DNA of 64,000 bases, from positions 56,606,001 to 56,670,000 of the forward strand of contig OZ260661.1 of the NCBI GenBank assembly GCA_965285935.1. Direction: 5' to 3'. The notes under the pieces were generated by a model. It searched no databases. It was not told the DNA's origin and was given only the letters and a program-made list of their open reading frames with translations. Numbering within the stretch: position 1 is the stretch's first letter; every line of letters begins with the position of its first letter. Below, piece after piece: positions 23,501 through 35,500 of this stretch. The translations under genes were made by a program, and so were the position numbers. Source of the DNA: Ophelia neglecta. Lineage: Eukaryota.

Positions 23501-26500
23501 TAGATCAACCGTCTGAAACTTCAAACTGATGATAATTAAATATAATATTGGAAGTTTATCTGCTTCTCAGATCACTTTCCAGGGGATAACCACTATGGGA
23601 CATGAAGGATACAAGCAGGGAAGGTGTTTTGAGACAAGGTTAAACAGCAGGAAGCTCCATCACCGAGTCCTGGGCTAAGACTAGGATCAGAAGACGGACC
23701 TGTATCCATGATTATATCCCCCAAGACTTGGCTTTCTTGATCCCCGTCGGCAGACCTCTGAAGTAACTGGTCTAGAACATCCTCCAACTCACCTTCCTCC
23801 AGCCCCTGAAACACAATATACAGCCATCAGTTCAGCAGCACAACATAAAAACACAGTGGCTGTAGATTTAATATGACATCTGATATCATTGGCACCTACA
23901 TGGAAAGGAAGCCTGGCACACTCAACTGTTTTAAAGCTTTAAAGGTTGAAATATTTTATTCTTCACATTTCAGTAATGGTGCCCCTCAATTCCTCTATGG
24001 ACTTGTCTCCTATTCATATTTATTGTTTATTTTAGGAGTACTGGCTATCAGGGAGTGTTATTTCTGGCAGTCAATGAGTGTTAGTAACTGGCTCTCAATG
24101 AGTGTTAGTAACTGGTTCTCAATCATTGTTAGTAACTGGATATTAGTGAGTGTTAGTCACTGGCTAGAAGAGAGTGTTAGTAACTGGCTATCAGTGAGTG
24201 TTACTACCGGATATCAGTGAGAGTTATTACTAGCTATCAGTGAGTGTTATTACTGGCTATGGGTGAGCATTATTACTGGCTATCAGTGAATGTTAGTAAC
24301 TGGCTATCAGTGAGTGTAAGTAACTGGCTATCAGTGAGTGTAAGTAACTGGCTATCAGTGAGTGTAAGTAACTGGCTATCAGTGAGTGTAAGTAACTGGC
24401 TATCAGTGAGTGTAAGTAACTGGCTATCAGTGAGTGTAAGTAACTGGCTATCAGTGAGTGTAAGTAACTGGCTATCAGTGAGTGTTACTACTGGATATCA
24501 GAGTTATTACTAGCTATGAGTGAGTGGTATTATTAGCTACGAGTGAGTGTTTTTACTGGCTATCAGTGAGTGTTATCAACAAAGGCTATGAGTGAGCATT
24601 ATTACTGGCTATCAGTGATTGTTTGTAACTGGCTATCAGTTAGTGTTAGTAACTGACTATCAGTGAGTGTAACTACTGGACATCAGTGAGTGTTACCAAC
24701 TGGCTCTCAGTGAGCATTAGTACTGGTTATCAGTGATTGTTTGTAACTGGCTATCAGTGAGTGTTAGTAACTGGCTCTCAGTGAGTGTTAGTACTGGCTA
24801 TCAGTGAGTGTTACCAACTGGCTCTCAGTGAGCATTGGTACTGGCTATCATTAGGTGTTACCAACTGTCTCTCAGTGAGTGTTACTACCGGCTCTCAGTG
24901 CGTCTTTATTAGTGGTTATCAGTGAGTGTTATTACTGGCTATCAGTGAGAGTTACCCGAGTGACGTCTGGCTCGATGGCCTCCAGGGGTTCCACTTCCTC
25001 CAGTCCTGTTTGGCTGGTGTCCCCAGTCACCTCCTCAATGTGAACATCACCTTCCACTGCCTGCTCACTCTGCTCTTGGTCAGCATTACGACGATTCTCT
25101 ATCAACATAACATTTATCATCAATGAAAAAGTCCAACATAATATACAGAAAACTAAAAATACCACAGTCATTTCTATCTGTACATACAAAACAATCATTT
25201 TAACTCAACAAGTATACGATATAACAGACTGCTACACTTTGCTGCCTAGTAAGGCAAAAACTGCTATCTATCTGTGATACTAGACAGTGTAAACAGACTT
25301 TTTGACCTGTACTAGTTACACATCCGTAGTTTGATGATCATACACAAGGCAGAAATTTAATACCTGTATAATCGACCACAAACCGGATAAGGTTTTTCTG
25401 GCCATCAGACACCCGTCTTAAATTATAAATTAAGAGTCCGCTGTTTGAAACACAAAGTGTGATACGACTGCTGTGGCATGTCTTTACTTCATCAGTCTTG
25501 GCCAAACGAAATACATGGGCTTTACGGAATTTTTTATCCTGCATGTTTGTTGTACTCACCCTCCTGCGGATTATTAGCGGCCGTCTCATCCACGATACCC
25601 TGTATGATTGACTCTACATTGGCCTTGTTTTTGCCGGTCTTGGTGGTGGTCACCGTCTGTGGCTGGTTGACGATGCGCGAGAGAGTCTCGAGCGGCTTGA
25701 GGGCGGCGTTGATGGAGCTGGCCATGCTAGGACTGGCCAGGTCCAGACTGTGAGGGATACGAGCCAGGTCGGTCACCAGACCCTTCTTTAATAGGATCTT
25801 TACCATGTTGTTCATAGCTGACTGTTGGCCTTTGAACACCTCATAAAACAATACAAGGCAATTAGAGATTTGGAAACAGCAGTGAAATCTGTCATTTATC
25901 AGTTTATTGCAACCTATTTCATAAATCATGTCTAATACACGTTATTATATATAAACTGCAAAATTCAGGTCTGCAAAGTAAGCATTGGATATAAACTTCA
26001 GGTTCATTTCTCTTTGCTTGCACCATACATGCTTAAAGTTAAAATAGAAACTGCCACCAGCCTATTGGTTATCAAAATAGTTGCCTACTTGGTTTGGCAC
26101 CTGACCGGGTATTGGACAGGCCTCAATGACGGTGCTGATGATCCCGGTGAGAGCCTGTATCTTGGAGTGCTTCTCTGTACACTCAGGCAGTGTCAGGGCC
26201 CTCTGAAGGGCTGACTTGATCTCCGAGGCGAGAGAGGTCTGGGCTTCTGGACTGTGGTTACACGCGGCCAGACTGGCAATGACAACGCGGGCCAATGCCG
26301 GGCAATCCTTGTCTCCACAGTCCTGGCATTGGGGAAGGAGGTTGTCCATGATGAATGCCAGCACACTACAATTCTGCAGAAAAAAAAGAACAACCTCCAT
26401 TAATGTACTTTCAAATCTTCATGACAGTACTCTTCATGCCAGATATCTGAACTTTATAAAACTTAGATAATCCTTGTATGATTCTGTGCACTAAAAGGGC

Positions 26501-29500
26501 TATTCCATTTGTCCCCAGGGGAGGGCCTGAACAGACACTTGTTGGGGGGAAGAGGTATAATCCAAAAATCAGTATAAATATAAAGGGGGTTCAAGAACTT
26601 ACAATTTAGAGGGAGGGGGGAGACAAATTTCTTCAGGCCTACCCCCTCTACATTTTAAATGGATTAGCACTACCATGCAAGTTACAACTTTCAGCATCAA
26701 TTTAGGTGAATTTAAAGTTTTATAGCAAACAATTGTAAGACATTCTGAACAACATATTTGAAGTTCCATATGACATAAAAATGTATACTAAAGTTTTGAA
26801 TCATAGCTGCACATAATTTGGATTTATAATAATAACTTGATATTTAGAGATAGGTGTGTTACTATGATGCCTTGCATATTGCAATGTGGTACTTTACTTC
26901 ATAGATGAAGCCCTTTATAACGGCACACTTGCCTCGGCTATGAGTTCCGACTGTCCAGCATGATATGTGTGTTGTGTGATGAGACTTGCACATCCCGCAT
27001 ATGATTTGATTAACTCCGCAAGCAGTCTCATGATTGCCGACTTGGGCAGAAGGGGGCGCTGCTTTTTCTCATTCTCCTCTTTTTGCTTGGCGTCCTTGAT
27101 CTTTTCAGCAGCCGATTGAGAATCTTCGGAGGCAGTGTCGGGCCGGTCCTCACTGGTTCCCTGGGTAACCTGAATGAAGTAACACAGTTAGGTTGGTCTC
27201 TCCAGACTGTATCTGGTCACTAAATACAGTGAAACCTGCCTTAAAGACCACCTCTATATTGAGACCACCTGTCAATTTAGACCACAAATATGAAGACCCT
27301 ACTGTGCATTTTCAATGTATACTAACCAGTCTAAACAGACCACCTCTATAATCAGACGAACATTTTACAGTCCCTTGGGTGGTCTCAATTGACAGGTTTA
27401 ACTGTACATTATATACTGGTGAGGACTTTACCTGGGCCTCTCCCTCAGCAGCTGGTAACTCCGGCGTGTTGTCCTGCTGTAACAGATGTTGTCGCTCGGT
27501 GATCTCCCGAGACACTTCATTCATCACCTCCTGTATGGCCTCGGCCAGCGTCTGAGCAGTCTTTACTTCAGGACCACTGCCTACAATTGAAGGAGGCTAC
27601 ATCATTAAACCAGTTTGCAACAATTAATATTAAAATGGTAGATAATGTGAATATACAAATTGTGGTACATATTTGTGTAACAACCGGTGGTCTCAGCGGG
27701 GTTTGAACTCACTACCCTTGGTTCTCCAGCCAACAACTCTACCAAGTTTACAAAGGGGTAACCCCTCTAGCCAAGCTAGTAGGAGTGTTGTGATCATGCA
27801 CCAGTGGCCACGACCTGCTCATTCATCTCTGTTACATTTGTATCCAGCCCATGAACTGCTAAAAATTATTGGTAATATGAATCAAGAGTAAAGAATATGG
27901 CTTCTAACAGTGTATTTCACATTTTTTATCACTGCCCACAGATCAATAACCACCGATCACCAAGTTCAATCATTCCCCACAGATCACTACTCATTGATAT
28001 CTGACTGGAGTTATTATTACAGACAAACACATTGCTCATGCCACCCTCCCCCCTACTTGAGATAATAACTGGTCCTGTTGTCTCCTACCTTCTGAGGTTT
28101 TCCAGGAGTACTTGACCGAGAGGCTGTCCAGCAGATCAGTGAGAACCTCCCTGATGTGACCCTCCAGCTCAGGCACCGGCGACACCTTACTAGGAACACA
28201 TTTGATCAGCTGGGGAGTGGCTGGACTTGTTAGCCGCACCTCATCTTCATCTGAAATATCAATACATTGTAATATGTAAATATATATAGAATAAAAACAA
28301 TGCCTTTTAGCATTTTCATTTGATAAAAGGAGAAAAACAATACTTTATATTATTTTTACAAAAAGACAATTTGATTGTTTATTTTTTAAAGCCTAGACCT
28401 AATTGTTTCTACTAGAGGCGTACCTCGTTTGGCAGGTGGAGGCAGAGCTATTCTCAGTGTTGATATAGCCACCTCCTGCAGAATTTCGGGGTTCCTGCAG
28501 GCTGCAGGGGTTAACACCTTCAGTACATAGTGTAACTCTTTGGATCCCATGCTGCCCTGGTCGACCCCGCTCATGCTGGAGCCGGCCCCAGTCGTAGAGG
28601 ATCTAATTACCTGCATAGTAAATAGGAACAATTGATTGAGCAAGAAACCTCACAGAATGTGAAATAGAACCAAACCACTTACAACGCTCAGAAATAGTGT
28701 TCAGCACAATATTATCAGTTATATGCTTGTCTGTGGTTGTTCATCACTGAGTTGTGGTATATAGCTAATCCTTGCTGTTTTTCCATGAAGGCGTGTCTTA
28801 CCTTTTCCAGTGTGTGTTTCAGTGACTTGGGTTCCTCCAGGATGTGTCGGAGGATGAGCGTTGTGAGTGAGGTGAAGCCTTGGAAGCTGGATGACTGCGT
28901 CAGGCCCAGCAGTAACTTTGGTCCCCCAAGCTCGGCAAAGAGCAGCGCGTGCTGGTGCAGTCTGGTCAGACGAAGGGTGAGCCTCATGACGGCGTGGAGG
29001 GTGTCTGGCTCGACGGGGATACCGATCAGGCCCACGGCCGAGCGTATCACACTCGACACCTGGTCAGGACCCAGACCCTTACAAATGTGTAACTCTGGCA
29101 TCTCAATGCTCTCATCAGTCTCCATCTTAGTACCAACATCTACAACAGCAAGGACACAAACTTGTATAACATACTTTATATATGTACATTTATATATTTA
29201 TATATTACAATGGTCTGTCAAATTTTTATACCAGAAACTAATGAGACTGATAAGAGGTATAATTTAATAACAACATAGGACAACTCCAAGCTAAAAGAAG
29301 ATACACTGACTCGCCCATTTGATGAAATAAAAACAAAATCTTTGTTTCCAATTTTAATATTTGTTTTTCCATGGTTAACTTAAACCAAGCCTACCTTTCT
29401 CTGTGGTTTCAGATTTTAACTTTTCTGTTTCTTTTTCTTTTTTGCCATCTTTCTTCACATTGTCCTTTTCCTTGTCCTCCTTGACAGGCAGGGAGAGCAT

Positions 29501-32500
29501 GATAGGCCGTCGATTGCCCGTGTCTTCATTGATCTGTACCATAGAACCGAACTGCACATTATACCTACGTCTTCCAGCAGTGAATCTACAAACAACAAGC
29601 CGAGTTATTGAGAAAGACCAAGAATGATAAAGCATAGAAAAGTTATGTACTGTCTGTCCCTGTCAGGCAAGGCTCAAAAAGACTTAAATAACAACTACAA
29701 ATATACAAACTATCATGTCTCTTACTAGTAAACACATTATGCTAAATGACCAAGGCATACTTCAAATTGCAGAAATAAATATTAGAACTCTGGACATTTT
29801 GAGCTGGAACATGTATAAATGGCATGGGTTTATCTGAGAGGGGAGACTTACCTTATAGATGACTCGCCAGCTTGGTAAGCATCATCAATAGTCTTGTTGT
29901 TGCTGGCACCATAGTTACTCCAGCGGCCTGTCCGATCATCAAACCACTTCCAAACTCTAGTTTTACCCTGACAATAAACAGTAATAATGGCAAAGTCTGG
30001 CAAATATAGCAGACACAATATAAGACAATACAAAACAGACCAAGTACAGAATGTAGCAACATCATCATTTGAAATAATCAAAGTTATGATTAAATCTTTT
30101 TTTTTATTAACAATGGTGCACATTAATGTAGCAGTAAATAACCAGATGAATTGTACAAGTTAACAGTCCATCCTTCTCAAACTGCTGGCTTGTAAATAGA
30201 AAAAAATCTTATAAATCACACAAATGATAGGCATGTAACTAAACTTAATAACTCACCACTAATTTATCAATTGCTCCTTTTCTTTTTGAGGCAACAGCCA
30301 TTTTCTCATACAAGTCTAGTAACAACAATAAGGGAGCCACCCATCTGGAATTAGAACACATGTACTTTTACTGGTTTGTTCCAAATTGAAAATATTATTA
30401 CTAGAAAAGAGTAAATGTACTAGCTTGTGGGTGTGAAGTATTCAGAAGGCCTTACTTAGGAGTAGATGCCTCCTTGGCGGCTGCCAGACAGCCTTGGGCG
30501 GTGTCCAGCAGTCTGACTAGGAGATCCAGTATGTCGGAATTCTCTACACACTCCGCACACGGCATCCTCATCTCCTACAACAACAAGGCGCCGTTAACAG
30601 AGGCACAAAAACCAGGCTGGCTTCAAGAACTTACATCATGGTACTGAATGGTTTACAGAGAGGCCGGTGGTGACTTACCTCAAAGAGAAGACTAAGTAGG
30701 TGTAACCTGACGGCCAGTTTGGAGGCCTCAGGCAGGTCGGAGAGTTGGCTGGCCCAGTCTAGAAGGGACTTGGTGTCACTGGTGGTCAGGGGAGAGGCCT
30801 CCTCAATCAGGTGTAAACACAGGTAGGCAATCTAAAACAGACAAATAAACAGGTTTAACTCAAGGGCTGCCATTGCAACAGTTCTGATTTCATTTTAAAA
30901 ACCAGGGCATAGACCATAACATAAACCATATGTGTATGAAAACAGCATATTCACTGCAGGAATGGTTCAAAAGGTACAGGCAATAGAAATTCATGTCTAC
31001 CAAGATACCACAGCTCAGCCCAAAGGGGTTGTTGGTAAAATATGGAACCAAAAACTGTTGGTCTTCTATTATAAAATGGCAGACTAAAACATACTAAAAT
31101 CATGGAAAGGGAGGGGGTCAAATTTGTCTGATCCCCTACTTATTAAATATAAAAGGCATTGCCTGAATATATTATTATATATAATTTATATTTGTAGCAA
31201 CACTATGAAATAAAATAAGTAAAAATAGAACCAAATCTTCATATCTACAATTGACATTGTGCACATTGATGTACCAAACCATAAGTCTTTTATTCAGAAA
31301 CATATCACTGATTTTGACTTTAATATATGACCTACCTCTCCTACAATACTTTCTAGCACCTCATCCCTCCAGGCTGGGCCATTACGTGTTGTGACCACCA
31401 CCAGCAAGTCACACACTCTGTACACAGACTCGGGTAAAGTGTCCAACAACTGCATACAACCTACAACACAAAGTCACTGAATGAAAACACTACTACATGT
31501 CAGTCCACCGCTCTCATTATTTCTGCTAATCCAAAATGGAAGAGGACACTAGAATGGTTATATGCAGGATATAGCTTTCATTTTCTCAACATGAAATATT
31601 TAATAAGTGTTAGTCTACTGACCAGGAAGGAGACTTTGGACACAGGTGTAGTCATCTAGGACTGACTTCTCTAATGGGACCTCTTCCTTCATTTTGTCTC
31701 TCTCCTCCTCTTCCTCCTCCTTTGTCTTCTCTTCTTTTGGCTTGGGTTCCTGAGGCGAAAGATATCAATATTAATATGACAACAAAATATTATATCTTAT
31801 AGGCTGTAACAACACCTGCATCATTAAAATAAGGTTCTATTTTTACTTAAACATATAAAAAGTCACACTCTGGTCAAAGAGTACAAGTAGCAATATCACT
31901 GTTTTGAGGCTCTTGTTTTCTTTTAATATTGAAAGTAATATTAGACATAAACTGCTCCACACCACAAAACTACAGGTATTAGAGAGTTGCTGTATTCCAA
32001 TTTTGATGGCAGGAAAATTTCACCAGTTGCCACACTTCACCCAATAGCCCCAATAAAAATAAATGTTTATTTATATTCAACCACACTGCTAGGCCATATG
32101 CAATTTTGCAACAACAAAATAATGTTTGCCAAAAATACATGCATACCGGTAAGTATAGTTTAAGCATGTCTAGAGAGGAATAAAAGCCTGGTTTTATAAA
32201 GGTAAAGCCTGTGTAGGTTTGGAAAGCAGATGCGTACCCCATCAGTTGAGACCAAGACATTGTCCCCCAGTGACATGGCTATGGCTCTCATCATCTGGTC
32301 CTCTTCAGACATATCTATATCCCCTGGTACCTTTAACACAGAAAAACATCACTTTCAATGCTTCAAGTATTAGTTAAAAGCCAAAATGCATTTTAAGCAA
32401 TCAATTTGTTGGGCTGTGTGATTTTATATGAGGCTTTACAAGACCACTGGCACTATGTTTTAGAAAATTACAATGAAATTTAAATGAATGCCTAGACAGT

Positions 32501-35500
32501 TTCATCTTCCCCTAATGTGAGTTGAACACCACTTTCACTTGAAGCAGTACTTTAAATATGTTTGAAACATATCCTTGATAAATTTTATATAGTATATTAA
32601 ATTTCGATTGAACCTTGTCTCTCAGTTCAGATTTCAGAAATTTATCTCCATAGCCCACTAGAGGATGACATTACATTAGCCATACACAATTACTGGTTCC
32701 CACCGAAAATAAATGTAGGAAATACATAGTTACACAAATCTGTGGGTTTTCATGGCTGCCTGTCATACAGGGAAAATAAGGCTTGACATTTCAAAATATG
32801 CAGCAGCCACACAAGTTCTCCATTCAAAAATATGATATTTTTCCTAGTATAAATGTTTATAAAAAGAACTGCCTTCTAGGTGACATAAAATACTGTATTA
32901 GAACCAGTGCAAGTCTGACTGTCACCTCAGAAAGCAGAAGTGCATATGTGACAGATAAACCAAAAGTAGTAATCAAAGCAAACCTAGACGAGATAACTGA
33001 CAGGCCTGTATCTAAAGGACTTGGCTGTGGTGTCAGTTTGTGATGTTAAGTCAGGTATAGGTTACTCTGTTTACAGTGAACACTAATGTCCCAGTCATAT
33101 ACTAACCGGTGGCGCCCCTGGAGCTGGCGTGGGTACTGGAGGTACTGGGTGTGTTAGTATGTAGTCCGTGGCCGACTCCAGGCTAGAGGTGTGGGTCAGG
33201 GCCTCGTTGGCATGCTCCCGGGTAAAACCCATGTCCACCAGCTGTAAAGATATATCAAACAGGGCTAGGTCGAGTCCAAAAAAGTTTTACTACAATAAAA
33301 TGGAATATTTCAAAATTGTGTTTGGAAGTAACCAAATACAAACAAGAACATTACAAACACAACTTCCAAAAATCAATACTGACTATACACACAAAACAAA
33401 TATTGAGTCATAACCAGAACAATAATTTGAAAAAATATGTATTAAACAGGATCAGCTCTATATAAACTGTCTGTCATAACTGGTTGCCTGTCAAAAAAAA
33501 GATTCCAGTTTGGGAGTCAGTGTGTTTTTTTAGTACCTGTTGTAGGTGCTCCGGGTTGGGTGGGTGCTCCTCCCGAGGATCCCGGGGTAGGGGCACAGAT
33601 ATAGACCCCCTGCCTGAGCCCGGGGCTGATCCAGGCTGGGAGGCAGGGGCCGAGGCTGTGGAGGAGGGACCGGGGGCGTTCTTCTCTGCCTCGGCCCTCT
33701 CCTTCTCTAACTTCTCCTGTAGAGTATACCAGAAACAACTTGTACATAGGAGAAATGAAGGGCAACAACTGACTCCTGGACAAAGATAATAACATCAGTG
33801 TGTAAGTCAACTCTGGAGAGGAACACACAAAATCTCAGATCGGCAAATAGTTTCAAGACTATCTTGAGCTTGCGCCCAACTCTTGACATATTTAGTCATC
33901 ATTGATTCATTCCAGATAAGATCTATTTAACTTCTGTGGTGCTCTAGTACTGACAATATGTTCTCTTGACTGACTCCCTATGATCGGTGAAGGCCTTAAT
34001 TTGAGTTTAATAAACAATATAAATCTTGATTTAGTACATACCATTATGACTTGCTCTCCCTTGATGATATGACACAGGATAGCCAGAATGGATTCCGACA
34101 TTCTTCCTCCGTATATTTTCAAAGGCTTCTTGTTCCACAGGTGCATCACAGATTTAAAGGCCATCTGTAAAGTATAAAACATGGCCTGTATTTCTACTGA
34201 AATCAGTCTGACCAGCATAAGAGAGGACAAATACCCAGGTGATCTGAGCTGTGGTAAGATGATCAGCTTGTAACCCACCTGAGGGGTGTGTATGAGGTAA
34301 TGTAACCCACCTTATGGGTGTGTATGAGGTATTGTAACCCACCTTATGGGTGTGTATCAGGTATTGTGACCCACCTTATGGGTGTGTATGAGGTATTGTA
34401 ACCCACCTTATGGGTGTGTATGAGGTATTGTTACCCACCTTATGGGTGTGTATGAGGTATTGTAACCCACCTTATGGGTGTGTATGAGGTATTGCAGAGG
34501 ATTGAATGCTACAAATCCGGGCTGGGTAGACTTGGCTGGCAGTGTGTGAGCAGTCTCCAGAACATTCTTGGTGTTTACCATCTTCTCCACCAACATCAAC
34601 CAGGCATCAAGAAATTCACCTGTACCATCTGCAACAATATCTGTATATTAGATATTTAATTCAAAAGGTTATTAAATAAAATCCCAATACAAGTTTTTCA
34701 ATAAGAATAAGTTTTGGTAGTTAACCAATTTTTAGACTACAACTTAGATCTCAGATCGGCAAATAGTTTCAAGAACATTTGGAACTTGCGCTCCATTCTT
34801 GACATATTTAGTCATCATAGATTCATTTTCATCATATGATTTAATCTTTAATAGCCATTTTTGTTTACTGAAGGGATACTCAAAATAAATTTACCATACA
34901 AGTCTTCACTTTCCAGTCCTTCATCTAAACTCAATTTCCCCCCACACGACAATGCCCAACGGAATGCTCTGAAGAATAAAGAACAATCACATTGGTAAGA
35001 GTGAAAAGAAATAAAATACCTGCATCTCCTGGGACAAAGTAATTTTTGTGATGGGATCATGACTAAACCATTACTCAAGGAGTACAGATCCACAAGAGAG
35101 AGAAAGAGATAGATCAATATTCACATCTTTGATCTCAGATCGGCAAATAGTTTCAAGAATCTTAGAGCTTACGCCCAATTCTCGACATATTTAGTCATCA
35201 TAGATTCATTCAACCTAGTAATAAGATTTGGTTAATTCCTTAAAAATTGGTAACTTACTCAAACAGAGCATCTTGCCCTCCACACGATACAAATTTCTGT
35301 AACATAAGGTGATATGGAAATTTCTTCTCGTCAAATAACATGGGTGAGGTGAAGCCCACCGAGCAGATAAAGAAGGTCAGTCTACAAAATAAATGTAGTC
35401 CATTATATAAACAGGAGTTCAGGGAAACATAAAAGCTTTTAAAGGTTTAAACACCATCCACATATAGCGTTTTTAACTATAAATTACAGCCCCATTTTAA

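Noticed and set aside
23873-24513. ORFs with NWLSVSVS repeats
   Set aside because: Translation of the minisatellite.
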